Origin: Patescibacteria group bacterium
Lineage (GTDB): Bacteria > Patescibacteriota > Dojkabacteria > JAKAPS01
Length of the DNA: 64,000 nt
NCBI GenBank assembly: GCA_025450075.1
Contig: JANWIC010000011.1
Span: 902-64,901 of the forward strand
Direction of reading: 5' to 3'
The position numbers and the translations under genes were made by a program. The first letter of the stretch is position 1. Each line of letters starts with the position of its first letter. Of the stretch, positions 46,462-56,557 are shown one piece after another. The notes below the pieces were generated by a model. The model ran no database searches. It was not told the origin of the DNA and saw only the letters and a program-made list of their open reading frames with translations.

Positions 46462-48525
46462 TTAAGTTATATTGACCCGTTCAACATGAGAAACTTTTTG
46501 AATCTTTTTTAATTTTCTAATCAGTGTCTCAAGTTGACCTTTGGAAGTAACATTTACTGCGATTCTACCATTAAATCCATTATTATTCCATGAATCAAGT
46601 TTTTCTATCCCAATTTTCATATCAGATAAGAGTTTTGAAATCTCTTTGATCATCCCGGTATTATCCTGGGATGTCGTTTGAATATATAGACCTGTCAAAA
46701 ACTCTTTTTTCATGTTTGCCCATTCTGCTTCCAAAAGGACTTTGTAATCCAAAATTTCAAGTTCCTTACAATTTTTCCTATGAATCCTTATCCCTCGCGT
46801 TTTTGTTACATGTCCGATTATATCATCACCGGGTATTGGTGAACAACATTTTGCGATGCTGCAATCAATATTTTCAATTCCTTTTATCTTAACCAGATTC
46901 GCTTCTGAAATTTTTTCCGAAATGACTTTCCTCTCTTCATCCTCAAAAGGAATAAATTCAAGCTTTTCTTGCAATCGATTGGATTCTTCATTCTCTTTTT
47001 CGTCTTCTGCCTGTTCTTCTATTGCTTCCTCTTCCCGAAAAGCTCTTCGTATATTAGCACGGGCATAAGGAGTTTTGGCAAAATTAAGCCAGTCCATACT
47101 TGGCTTCACTCTTTTTTTATCAAGTAATACTTCAATTACATCACCAGTTTGAACTTCATAACTTAATGGTTTTATTACACCGTTCACTTTTACGCCTCTG
47201 CATGCATTTCCGATATTTGTATGGATAAGATATGCAAAATCTATTGCAGTTGCTCCTTTAGGAAGTTCTTTCACGTCTCCGTTAGGTGTAAAGACAAAGA
47301 CTTTGTCTTTAAAAACATCCACTTTATAGTATTCAATATTTTTTATTTCATCTCTCCATCTGACAAGGCTTTTTAAAAAGCCAATTTTGGATCCTAGGAT
47401 TGAAACATTCTTTTCCTTTTCTTTGTAATAGATATGTGATGCTGGCCCATATTCGTTATATTCCTGCATCTTGTAGGTTTTAATCTGCAATGCTGTCTTC
47501 ACTCCTTCTTTGCTAACAAGACATGTGTGGATTGATCGGTATCCATTACTTTTTGGTTTTGCAATATAGTCGTCAAAAAGATAAGCTAAATGCTCATGCT
47601 GACTATGCATAATACCGAGTACCCTATAACACTCTGAGATTGAATTAACAAGAATGGTTATACCGATAAGATCATTTACCTCTTTTATATCTTCGACAAG
47701 AAATTCACCATGTTTTTTCAACAACTTCCTGTAAATACTATACACACCTTTATGCCTGCCGAATACTTCTCCTTTAATATGATAGTCTTTTAATATCTTT
47801 GAAAAGTATGCAACATGCTTAGTGATAAAAGTTTCGCGATTAATACTTTTTCCTCCTTCTTTCAAAGCATTTGTGCGAAGATATGTTTCTATTTGCTCAT
47901 AAATTTCTGGCTCAATAATCTTGAAAGAATAATCTTCCAGTTTTTTTCGAAAGAAATTAATGCCGACAAAATCAGCCAACGGAGCATAGAATTTCAACGT
48001 TTCCAGTGCATTCTCCCTTTGTCTGTCTAGAGCAAGTGCTTGCACAGTCATAATATTATGCATCCTGTCTGCAAGCTTGATAAGAATTACTCTGATATCT
48101 TTTGTAGATGCAATCAGAAGTTTCCGAAGTGTTTCAAAATCATCTTGGGAATGCTTTACTTTTTTAGTTACTTTTTTGATTTTTGTTAATCCATCTACTA
48201 AAAATGCGGTATCTTCTCCAAATTTCTCTTTTATTTCATCAAGTGTCAGAGGTGTATCTTCAACTGTATCATGGAGAAGTGCGGCAATAACTGAGGATTC
48301 ATCAAGCTTAATTAATGCAGTGAAATATGCTACATAGAGAGGATGATGAATATATGCCTCTCCGGTTTTTCTTTTTTGTCCTTCATGGGAAAGAGAGGCA
48401 AGCGTGTATGCATCTTCTACTCGGGAAGTGTTCGATTTAGGGAAATTTGTTTTGAGAATCTTTATGATGCTCTCTATTGTAATATCTTCCCGTTCAATAT
48501 CTTCAAGGGTCTGGTAACCAATCAC
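46462..48525 (-). CDS. rel: Bifunctional (p)ppGpp synthetase/hydrolase RelA/SpoT homolog
   Basis: 687 aa. HD hydrolase (HDTVEDT), synthetase (RSIHTCL... YRS), TGS and C-terminal ACT-like domains. Confidence 0.9.
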   Translation of the reverse strand: MIGYQTLEDIEREDITIESIIKILKTNFPKSNTSRVEDAYTLASLSHEGQKRKTGEAYIHHPLYVAYFTALIKLDESSVIAALLHDTVEDTPLTLDEIKEKFGEDTAFLVDGLTKIKKVTKKVKHSQDDFETLRKLLIASTKDIRVILIKLADRMHNIMTVQALALDRQRENALETLKFYAPLADFVGINFFRKKLEDYSFKIIEPEIYEQIETYLRTNALKEGGKSINRETFITKHVAYFSKILKDYHIKGEVFGRHKGVYSIYRKLLKKHGEFLVEDIKEVNDLIGITILVNSISECYRVLGIMHSQHEHLAYLFDDYIAKPKSNGYRSIHTCLVSKEGVKTALQIKTYKMQEYNEYGPASHIYYKEKEKNVSILGSKIGFLKSLVRWRDEIKNIEYYKVDVFKDKVFVFTPNGDVKELPKGATAIDFAYLIHTNIGNACRGVKVNGVIKPLSYEVQTGDVIEVLLDKKRVKPSMDWLNFAKTPYARANIRRAFREEEAIEEQAEDEKENEESNRLQEKLEFIPFEDEERKVISEKISEANLVKIKGIENIDCSIAKCCSPIPGDDIIGHVTKTRGIRIHRKNCKELEILDYKVLLEAEWANMKKEFLTGLYIQTTSQDNTGMIKEISKLLSDMKIGIEKLDSWNNNGFNGRIAVNVTSKGQLETLIRKLKKIQKVSHVERVNIT

Positions 48526-48531
48526 AAATTT

Positions 48532-50190
48532 TTAGGTAATGTCGATAATATTAATCTGGAACTTTTCTTTATTATTCCAAACATTCTTATGTACATTATA
48601 CACTATATCTCTTTGTTCGCCACGTGAAATTCCCTTTTCTCCCATATTGAAGGCAACAGCCTCATGAATAATACCGGTGTCATCATTCTGCCGAAGTTTC
48701 AATCGTAAATGTTTTCCGTTTTCTCCCATATGGTCAACACTCACAATGAGAACATGGGAAAGAAATACAGGACGCGGATTTGTTTCACCATATGGTTCAA
48801 GGAGTTGTACAAGATTATATAGATAAAACAAATCCAGGTCTTTCATACTCAATTCCATATCTATATCCAATCTCTTTTCACGGCTTTTTCCATCTAGTTC
48901 CTGTTTTGCCAGGACATCCATCTTCTCCTGCAATTCCAGCAAATGTTCTTTTTTTAGCTTCAATCCTGCAGCTTTTTTATGTCCTCCATAAGAAATGAAA
49001 AGTTCTTTCATGCTATCCAGTGCTTTTGTAATATCAAAATCATCTACCGATCTGCAGGAACCTGAAAGGATTCCTTCATGGCTGTCATCAGTTAGGACAA
49101 TACTTGGTCTGTTTGTGCTTTCGGTAATTTTTCCTGCTACAAGACCTATTATTCCAACACTGATTCCTGGAAGATAAATAACATTACTATGTCCTTCCGA
49201 AACTATTTCCTGTAACCCCTTTTTTATTGCTTCTCCCATTGCATCCTGCCTCTGCTTATTTATATCATGGAGTAGCATTGCACTCTCACGCGCTTCTTGT
49301 TCGCTTGTAGTCACAAGGAGTTTAAGGCTTTCTTGGGCAGATGTTAACCGACCGGATGCGTTCAGCCTTGGTCCAATGATATATCCTAAATGATATGTTT
49401 CAAGTGTATTTTTAGCAATACCTGCCAATGTTAAAAGAGCGTCAAGACCTGGCCGATTTGTTTCTTTAAGCTTTTCTACTGCCTTTTTTACAATGATGCG
49501 GTTTTCTCCGCGAAGCTCCATAATATCGCAAACGGTTCCAAGCCCAGCAAGATCAACAAAATCTTTTGATGAATCAATTTCTAGCCGAATATCTAATGCC
49601 TGGGTAATTTTAAAAGCAACTCCTGCTCCAGAAAGTGTGTGATAAACATAATCTTTAGGATGAATAATCGCACTCGCTTCAGGAAGTGTAGGGCCTGGAG
49701 TATGATGGTCGGTTATGATTACAGCAATACCTGCTTTAATTGCCATTGCAACAACTTCAACATCTTTAATACCACAATCAACCGTAATGATTAGATCAAC
49801 TTGCTCTTTTATACATCTTTCAACAGTATTTTTAGAAAGTCCATATCCCTCATCAAGACGATTTGGGATGTATACTTCTACATTTGAAATTCCTAAGACC
49901 CTGGTAAGATAAAGGTACATAATAGCAGAAGAAGTTATACCATCCACATCATAATCTCCGTGGATCAAAACTTTTTCCTGATTCTTTTGAGCCATGAGAA
50001 TACGGTCCACACATTTTTCCATTTCAGGAAACAAGTATGGATCGGTAAAATCCGTAGCATGTAAAAATTTCTCTATTGCCTCTTTATCCTTTATGCCTCT
50101 ATTAAACAGAAGCTGGAGTAAAATCTGGTCAACTTCAGGAAATTTATTGTACTCTTCTTGTGGTACTGTATTGTGTAAAACCCATCTCAT
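48532..50190 (-). CDS. recJ: Single-stranded-DNA-specific exonuclease RecJ
   Basis: 552 aa. DHH motifs (IHGDYDVDGITS, ITDHHTPG) and a DHHA1 region (GGHKKAAG). Confidence 0.9.
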   Translation of the reverse strand: MRWVLHNTVPQEEYNKFPEVDQILLQLLFNRGIKDKEAIEKFLHATDFTDPYLFPEMEKCVDRILMAQKNQEKVLIHGDYDVDGITSSAIMYLYLTRVLGISNVEVYIPNRLDEGYGLSKNTVERCIKEQVDLIITVDCGIKDVEVVAMAIKAGIAVIITDHHTPGPTLPEASAIIHPKDYVYHTLSGAGVAFKITQALDIRLEIDSSKDFVDLAGLGTVCDIMELRGENRIIVKKAVEKLKETNRPGLDALLTLAGIAKNTLETYHLGYIIGPRLNASGRLTSAQESLKLLVTTSEQEARESAMLLHDINKQRQDAMGEAIKKGLQEIVSEGHSNVIYLPGISVGIIGLVAGKITESTNRPSIVLTDDSHEGILSGSCRSVDDFDITKALDSMKELFISYGGHKKAAGLKLKKEHLLELQEKMDVLAKQELDGKSREKRLDIDMELSMKDLDLFYLYNLVQLLEPYGETNPRPVFLSHVLIVSVDHMGENGKHLRLKLRQNDDTGIIHEAVAFNMGEKGISRGEQRDIVYNVHKNVWNNKEKFQINIIDIT

Positions 50191-50873
50191 ATATTATCTA
50201 TTGTATCAAAAAACTCGTCGATTTCCACTAGGGAAAACCCTTTTGAAAAAAGGTATGATCGCATTTTCGCTTTAAATTCTCTTTTCTTATTACTGCTTCC
50301 TTTTTTTTGTATCCTTGCAAGCATGCTATCATGCTTTTTTTCATATTGTTTTCTAATGGCATTATGGACATCATACTCTTCACTAAGCGCTTTTTGTATG
50401 ATATCTTCATCTACTCCTTTTTCTTTCAGTTTTTGTCTGATCAGCCTGTCACCTTTTGGATTATGAGATCTTTCCTTCTGGACAATATATTCTGCATATA
50501 CCTTATCATCAACAAGTTCGGAGAGTCTCTCAAATATGAGCTGAACAGTTCGTTCATTATCAGCAAGTCTGGCAAGAAAATCATTGATTTCCTTTATACT
50601 TCTTGGCCGGATAGATACGAGACGGAGGCATCTGTTATACAGATAACCTCCTTCATAAAACCAAACAATATCGTCTAAATGGTCATGAACTACTGTCTCA
50701 ATTTCTTGTATTATATCCTGCTGATTGTCAGGAGTAACTCTTTTTGGTAATGGATTTTGCAGAAGAGTACCGTATGCATAGCTGACATATCCAACAACTT
50801 TTCGAAATCGGTTCTGTTTAAATCGTGCATCCCCTACTTGGAGGATCTCGCTTTTTTTTGCTATGTATCTCAT
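50187..50873 (-). CDS. recX: Recombination regulator RecX
   Basis: 228 aa, immediately downstream of recA. LRLVSIRPRSIKEI matches the RecX repeat motif (LRLLS.RPRSE.EL). Tandem helical repeats. Basic tail. Confidence 0.7.
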   Translation of the reverse strand: MRYIAKKSEILQVGDARFKQNRFRKVVGYVSYAYGTLLQNPLPKRVTPDNQQDIIQEIETVVHDHLDDIVWFYEGGYLYNRCLRLVSIRPRSIKEINDFLARLADNERTVQLIFERLSELVDDKVYAEYIVQKERSHNPKGDRLIRQKLKEKGVDEDIIQKALSEEYDVHNAIRKQYEKKHDSMLARIQKKGSSNKKREFKAKMRSYLFSKGFSLVEIDEFFDTIDNI

Positions 50874-50876
50874 CCC

Positions 50877-51911
50877 TTATGATAGCATTCTCTCTCTTAT
50901 CTGTTTTTCTATTCCATCATAAAGCTTTTTATCTTCTTTCAAAAGCTGTTTAACAGCTTCACGACCTTGAGCTAACTGTTTGTCTCCCATCTTAAACCAC
51001 GCTCCAGCTTTTTGAATAATCCCTAATGTTACAGCTGTTTCAAGTAAACTTGATTCTTTTGAAATTCCATATGGATAAATGATGTCAAAATCAGCTTCGC
51101 GAAATGGTGGAGCTACTTTGTTCTTTACAATTTTGACATGTGTCTGGTGTCCAAGTACCTGTTCTCCTTCTGCAATCTTATCTTTCTTTCTAATATCCAT
51201 TCTTACAGAAGCATAAAATTTTAATGCATTTCCTCCTGTTGTTGTTTCTGGGTTTCCAAACATCACACCAATTTTCATACGAATCTGGTTGATAAAGACA
51301 ACTGTACATCCTGACTTTCCAATAATTGCAGTCAATTTTCTCATTGCTTGCGACATAAGTCGTGCCTGCATTCCCATCACCGCATCCCCCATTTCACCTT
51401 CAATTTCAGCACGGGGAGTAAGTGCTGCAACAGAATCAACAACTACTATATCAACTGCTCCGGATCGGATTAATGTTTCAACAATTTCCAGTGCTTGTTC
51501 CCCATTATCAGGTTGCGAGAGTAACATATTATCTATATCTACTCCAATATTTTGAGCATATTTCGGATCCATTGCATGTTCTGCATCAATATATGCAGCT
51601 GTTCCGCCAAGTTTTTGGCATTCAGCAATTATATGCAATGCAAGTGTTGTTTTTCCACTTGATTCCGGCCCATAGATTTCAATTATTCTTCCTTTTGGAA
51701 TGCCGCCGATTCCCAATGCGAGATCTAATGAGATTGCGCCAGTAGGTATTGCTGGAATTCTTTCATGTACCTTATCTCCCATTTTCATAATTGCACCTTT
51801 TCCAAATTGTCGTTCAATTTGTGCCATTGCAATTTTTACAGCTTCATTTTTCCCATCTTCGGTTCGGGCAGGTGCTGCAACCTCTTTTTTCTGTTCTTGT
51901 TTAACCGCCAT
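50877..51911 (-). CDS. recA: Recombinase RecA. Start placed at the internal Met (MAVKQEQKK...); the ORF track extends to 51977.
   Basis: GPESSGKTT Walker A, VVDSVAAL and the L2 loop region. Highly conserved throughout. Confidence 0.9.
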   Translation of the reverse strand: MAVKQEQKKEVAAPARTEDGKNEAVKIAMAQIERQFGKGAIMKMGDKVHERIPAIPTGAISLDLALGIGGIPKGRIIEIYGPESSGKTTLALHIIAECQKLGGTAAYIDAEHAMDPKYAQNIGVDIDNMLLSQPDNGEQALEIVETLIRSGAVDIVVVDSVAALTPRAEIEGEMGDAVMGMQARLMSQAMRKLTAIIGKSGCTVVFINQIRMKIGVMFGNPETTTGGNALKFYASVRMDIRKKDKIAEGEQVLGHQTHVKIVKNKVAPPFREADFDIIYPYGISKESSLLETAVTLGIIQKAGAWFKMGDKQLAQGREAVKQLLKEDKKLYDGIEKQIRERMLS

Positions 51912-52046
51912 AATATAGTTAGTAATATAATGTGCATAGCAGTATGCATATGCATTATACCATACGAATGCAACCACAAAAAATGAAACCAGATGTGCTG
52001 TTACTGATAGATTGAAAATCGAACTAAACTGTAGATACAGAATAAA

Positions 52047-52949
52047 TTAGTTCTTTGGATGTGCCTCTTTCCAATTGTAATACAAGACGAGTGCCTGGCT
52101 TGCAACAAAAATACTTGAATACGTACCGCTGGTAATTCCGATCAAAAGTGTTAACACAAACCATCGAATTGATTCACCACCAAGTAAGAACATAGCAAGC
52201 AAGGTTAAGATTACAGTTAAGGATGTGTTTATGGATCTAGCCAATGTTTCCATCAGTGAGGTGTTCACCACATCAGCAAATTCCTGACTAGTATTTTTTA
52301 ACAGATTTTCACGAATTCTATCAAACACAACAATCGTATCATGTACGGAAAAACCGATAACAGTTAAAATGGCTGTGACAAATAGGGTATCAATTCTTGC
52401 ATTGAAAAAATATCCAAGAATTGCAAATGCACCAAGAACAATTAAAATATCATGTCCCATGGCAAGAACTGCTGTGATTCCGAATGTCCAGCTTGAAGCC
52501 GGATGAGGAACTCTCCTGAATGCCCAGGCTATGTATAGAATGATAGCACCACCGATTAATAAGATAGATTTAATCGCATCGGATGTGAGTTCTGATCCGA
52601 TAACAGGTCCAATTGTTTGGACAGAATCAGGATTTGCAGAGTTAAAATTAGTATCAAGATGTGTTTCTAAAGATTTTAATTGATCCTGTGAAAGAGGTTT
52701 TGTTGTTATTGTATATGTAGAAGAGTTGGTATTTTGTACAGAAATTGGATTATATGTCTTGGTATTTATACCTTTTAATGTCTGATCCTGAGAAACTGTT
52801 TTATTCGATTTATATGTAAGGACAGTTCCTCCAGTAAAATCAATACCGAATTTCAGGCCAAGAGTAAAGATGGAGATCAAGCCAAATATTACTAGGACTA
52901 ATGATACAAGTAATAGATATTTTCCGTTTTTTACAATATTTAAGTCCAT
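52047..52949 (-). CDS. secF: Protein translocase subunit SecF
   Basis: 300 aa. Six-TM SecD/SecF core (FGIDFTGGTVL...). Confidence 0.85.
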   Translation of the reverse strand: MDLNIVKNGKYLLLVSLVLVIFGLISIFTLGLKFGIDFTGGTVLTYKSNKTVSQDQTLKGINTKTYNPISVQNTNSSTYTITTKPLSQDQLKSLETHLDTNFNSANPDSVQTIGPVIGSELTSDAIKSILLIGGAIILYIAWAFRRVPHPASSWTFGITAVLAMGHDILIVLGAFAILGYFFNARIDTLFVTAILTVIGFSVHDTIVVFDRIRENLLKNTSQEFADVVNTSLMETLARSINTSLTVILTLLAMFLLGGESIRWFVLTLLIGITSGTYSSIFVASQALVLYYNWKEAHPKN

Positions 52950-52950
52950 G

Positions 52951-54300
52951 TTACACCAGATGAAGTATCCTTTCTTTAAAAAGGTTCATAAAATTAAAAA
53001 GTATTGTCCTTGTAACAACAACTGCAGTAAACATACTGACCAGCACACCAATTGCAAGTGTCAGTGCAAATCCTCTAATAACACTCGTACCGAATGCGTA
53101 AAGAATTGCTGTTGTAATTAAAGATGAAATATTTGAATCACGAATGGATGGCCAAGCACGTTTGAAACCAAGATCAATCGCAGGACGGATATTTTTCCCT
53201 TTTCGTAATTCTTCTTTAGTTCTTTCAAAAATAAGGATATTTGCATCCACAGCCATACCAATTGAGAGAATGAATCCAGCTATTCCTGCCAGTGTTAGGG
53301 TAATTGGAATTGTTTTAAACACAGCAAATGCGATAAGCGCATATATTAAAAGAGCAAGATCTGCAAATATTCCTAATATCCGATAGTTCCATAGCATAAA
53401 GAGCAGGACAATCAAGATACCAATAAGGCCAGCTATGAGACTTGCCTTTACTGAAGATTCCCCAAGAGTTGCTGACACGGTGCTTTCCTGAATAATAGAT
53501 ACTGGGACAGGTAGCGCACCTGCATCAAGTTGGGTAACAATTTGTTTTGCCTGATCCAATGTGAAATTTCCTTCAATCACAGGGTTGCTGACAACCCCAC
53601 CTGCGAGATCACTATTGATAACCGGATTTGAAATAACTTGTCCATCAAGCACAATATACACTGGCCTATTCACATTAGCCTTAGCAATATTTGAAAATTT
53701 GGTCAAGCCTTCTGATTTAAACAATAATTGAATACTTGGAGTTGTCGAGTTTTGCTGATATGTAATAGTAGCACCGGTTAAGTCCGCTCCGGTGATACCA
53801 GCTGAAATGAGATCACTTGCAGTAGTGGGGGAAGATAGCCCTGGTCTTAGAGTGTAAAATTCAAGCTTTGCAGTTTGCCCGATCAAGGATTTTGCCTGGT
53901 TAAGGTCTTTTACTCCAGCAAGATCAACAATAATCTTATATATATTTCCTGTTACTTCAGTATAGATAGTCGGTTCAGAAATACCATAAAGGTTAATTCT
54001 ATTTTCTATGACACTTCGAGCACTATCCAATGCTTGTGCACGGTCAGATGGTGCAATCTTTGACATGTCTGCCTGTAGGACAATTTCTGAACCCCCTTTT
54101 AAGTCAAGGCCTAAAACTGTATTAAAGTTTTTTTGAATTTTTGCTCCTCCCAGATTCAAATTTATGTTAAGGTGACCTATTTTTCCGTTATAGTGGAATT
54201 TTCCTACATTAATATTGACAGGAAAAGTAGGAATATCAATTGCAAGAGCAAGTATTGCTAGCAACGTGATAATGAGTAGCAAAATCCTATTGGGCTTCAT
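52951..54300 (-). CDS. secD: Protein translocase subunit SecD
   Basis: 449 aa. Periplasmic domain plus RND-like TM core (LGLDLKGGSEIVL..., MAVDANILIFER). Confidence 0.85.
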   Translation of the reverse strand: MKPNRILLLIITLLAILALAIDIPTFPVNINVGKFHYNGKIGHLNINLNLGGAKIQKNFNTVLGLDLKGGSEIVLQADMSKIAPSDRAQALDSARSVIENRINLYGISEPTIYTEVTGNIYKIIVDLAGVKDLNQAKSLIGQTAKLEFYTLRPGLSSPTTASDLISAGITGADLTGATITYQQNSTTPSIQLLFKSEGLTKFSNIAKANVNRPVYIVLDGQVISNPVINSDLAGGVVSNPVIEGNFTLDQAKQIVTQLDAGALPVPVSIIQESTVSATLGESSVKASLIAGLIGILIVLLFMLWNYRILGIFADLALLIYALIAFAVFKTIPITLTLAGIAGFILSIGMAVDANILIFERTKEELRKGKNIRPAIDLGFKRAWPSIRDSNISSLITTAILYAFGTSVIRGFALTLAIGVLVSMFTAVVVTRTILFNFMNLFKERILHLV

Positions 54301-54345
54301 TCTTCTTGGTATCTCCTAAATTACCATGTGATTATATACTAAGCT

Positions 54346-54687
54346 TTACCTGGAATACAATAAAACACCTTCGTTAAGGATATTATCAATAAAAGAATCA
54401 CCTTCCCGCAATAATTGGTTCACTTCTGAGGGAGTATAGACTATCGGGTCTACCGGAGGATCTCCGTAGGAAACCCGTATTGCTTGTTTTAATCTTTCAT
54501 AAAAAGGAGCTTGAGTACGGGCAATTACTAAAATATCTATCGAGCTATTCTCACCTTCCGAACCTCTTGCAAAACTGCCAAACAGTAAGATCCGTTCTAC
54601 TTCAAACTCTTTTGTAAAAATGGATATAAGAAAGTTTATTCTTTCTAAAACTTCCGGACTGAATTGTACATCACTTAATTTCTTCAT
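54346..54687 (-). CDS. Minimal nucleotidyltransferase (MNT/MntA-like antitoxin)
   Basis: 113 aa. ILLFGSFARGSEGENSSIDILVI is the GS...D.D polymerase-beta NTase motif. Confidence 0.7.
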   Translation of the reverse strand: MKKLSDVQFSPEVLERINFLISIFTKEFEVERILLFGSFARGSEGENSSIDILVIARTQAPFYERLKQAIRVSYGDPPVDPIVYTPSEVNQLLREGDSFIDNILNEGVLLYSR

Positions 54688-55163
54688 GATTCTAATACTT
54701 CTTTTACAAATAATAACACAGCCTCCGCTTCATGGATACATTCATCAGCAATCTGGTTCGACATAAAATCATGTGGAGTCAAGTTATCACCTGGAATAAT
54801 AAATGGGTAACGAGAAATAAAAGTCACCGCCTGCAGACTTTCTGTAATAATTTTCGAGGAAATATCTGGACGGATCTGCTTCACTATTTTAAATAATATA
54901 GACAACTTATGAACTTTGGGAGGTTTTGCTCCACAAAAAACCATTAATGCTTTCAATGCTTTTTCAGCAGATTGTTCAGATTGGAAACACGCCCATTCAA
55001 AAAAGCCATTTCCCAAAGAAAGTTTAGCTGCATCTAGATCATATTCAGCTTGCTTGATCCATACTTTATACCTATATGTCTTTAATCCTCCCATATCAGC
55101 GAAGTAAATGTTTGTAAGTCTCTTGTAACAACAAGGCATCAGTTTCATGTTCCGGACTTTCAC
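54684..55163 (-). CDS. HEPN-domain protein (HepT-like toxin partner). True start is possibly the internal Met at 55094.
   Basis: Helical HEPN fold region (AEYDLDAAKL...QSAEKALKALMVFCGAKP). 4-nt overlap with the downstream MNT gene. Confidence 0.6.
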   Translation of the reverse strand: MKVRNMKLMPCCYKRLTNIYFADMGGLKTYRYKVWIKQAEYDLDAAKLSLGNGFFEWACFQSEQSAEKALKALMVFCGAKPPKVHKLSILFKIVKQIRPDISSKIITESLQAVTFISRYPFIIPGDNLTPHDFMSNQIADECIHEAEAVLLFVKEVLES

Positions 55164-55956
55164 AGATTAAGATCCCTTCTGCATCATAATCAATAAGAGC
55201 CTTCAGTACTTGGGCATAATTAGCATCAGAATCTTTAAATGAAAGATGTCTTCTCTCCCCTTTTTCACTGTATTCAATTCCTGAATAATGGATATGAAGC
55301 TGTTTAATCCCCCTATCCCCTAACCCGTTTTTCAGCTGATCAAGGATTGTATAGATTTCTTCAGTTGAATTCATATCTCCATTTGATCGGGCGTGTAAAT
55401 GTGCAAAATCAATACAGGGCAAGACATTTTCAAATTCGTTTGAAAGTTGGATTAATTCACTAACACTGCCAAATTGTATTGGTTTTCCAGTTGTTTCTGG
55501 CCTGAAAGTAACTGTTATTCCATTCGGCATGATTTCCTGTTGATATTTTTTCACAAGGATCCGCATGGATGCAAGAACTTTTTTGTAAGCTTCTTCAGGA
55601 GAAGATTTTAAGTAGAATCCAGGATGAAAAACAATATTCATTGCTCCTGCCATACCACCCCGTTCTGTTGATTTTAAAATCCGTTCAATACTTTCCCCGA
55701 TTTTTTTATCATCATGAGCATTTAAATTCACATAATATGGGGCATGCACACTCAATGCAATTTGTTTTCCAGACTCTTTTTTTATCTCATCTAAGGTATC
55801 ATGAAAAACTTGAGCAGTTTCTTCACTCATATTGACGAAATGAACAAATTCAAGTTCAAAAGCATCAAGTCCTATATTTGCAACATGCTTAAGTCCTTCA
55901 ATATATCCGGGTTTAGGAGTGGATTTTGGAATACCTGCAACACCAAAATGAATCAT
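55096..55956 (-). CDS. Xylose-isomerase-like TIM-barrel protein, AP endonuclease family 2 (endonuclease IV-like)
   Basis: 286 aa. HAPYYVNLNAHD, IVFHPGFY, IDFAHLHARSNG resemble Nfo metal-binding motifs. Confidence 0.5.
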   Translation of the reverse strand: MIHFGVAGIPKSTPKPGYIEGLKHVANIGLDAFELEFVHFVNMSEETAQVFHDTLDEIKKESGKQIALSVHAPYYVNLNAHDDKKIGESIERILKSTERGGMAGAMNIVFHPGFYLKSSPEEAYKKVLASMRILVKKYQQEIMPNGITVTFRPETTGKPIQFGSVSELIQLSNEFENVLPCIDFAHLHARSNGDMNSTEEIYTILDQLKNGLGDRGIKQLHIHYSGIEYSEKGERRHLSFKDSDANYAQVLKALIDYDAEGILICESPEHETDALLLQETYKHLLR

Positions 55957-55976
55957 CGGTGACTTTTCAATTATAT

Positions 55977-56555
55977 TTAGGTGAGGAATTCATCCTCATT
56001 ACCAATTAAGAATAGTTTAGACTTATCGAGAAAGTTTTTCAAATATCCTTCCCGTCTTTTCATCTGTAGTTCAAACTGGTCAGAACTTAAAACAGCATAA
56101 TTAATTTCACGTTGGTTATCCAGCTCTGCCGTCTTGACAATAATATTCAATCTCTCCATTGCTACCTGATCTCCAACAATTAAAAGGTCAAGTTCAGATT
56201 GGTCCATTGGTTTATTATGGATATATAATGAGCTAAGAACAGCAAAGGTAACATTCCCTAGATTTTCCCTTTCTTTAATAATGCTTCCTCCTAATCCAAA
56301 TTCTTTAAATATCATTGCACGAAGCTCAGATAGGAGCGGATAATTTTCATTGAGAACATAGTAGACGCGATTAAATTTCGGTTCTCTTCGAAAAAGACCA
56401 GCTTTTTCCAGATTTATTAGTTCACGTCTGACTGCATTGATTTCTTCTTTAGTCTGCCTGACGATATCGCGTACATGAAATGAATTTTGTTGGTGTTCAA
56501 GATATAAGCGTAATATTTTGACCCTGACTTTTGATATGAAAAAAGATTCCAGCAT
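55977..56555 (-). CDS. Winged-helix DNA-binding domain fused to a nucleotidyltransferase-like domain, hypothetical regulator
   Basis: 192 aa. N-terminal ArsR/MarR-like wHTH segment. LDLLIVGD in the C-terminal half. Confidence 0.35.
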   Translation of the reverse strand: MLESFFISKVRVKILRLYLEHQQNSFHVRDIVRQTKEEINAVRRELINLEKAGLFRREPKFNRVYYVLNENYPLLSELRAMIFKEFGLGGSIIKERENLGNVTFAVLSSLYIHNKPMDQSELDLLIVGDQVAMERLNIIVKTAELDNQREINYAVLSSDQFELQMKRREGYLKNFLDKSKLFLIGNEDEFLT

Positions 56556-56557
56556 AC

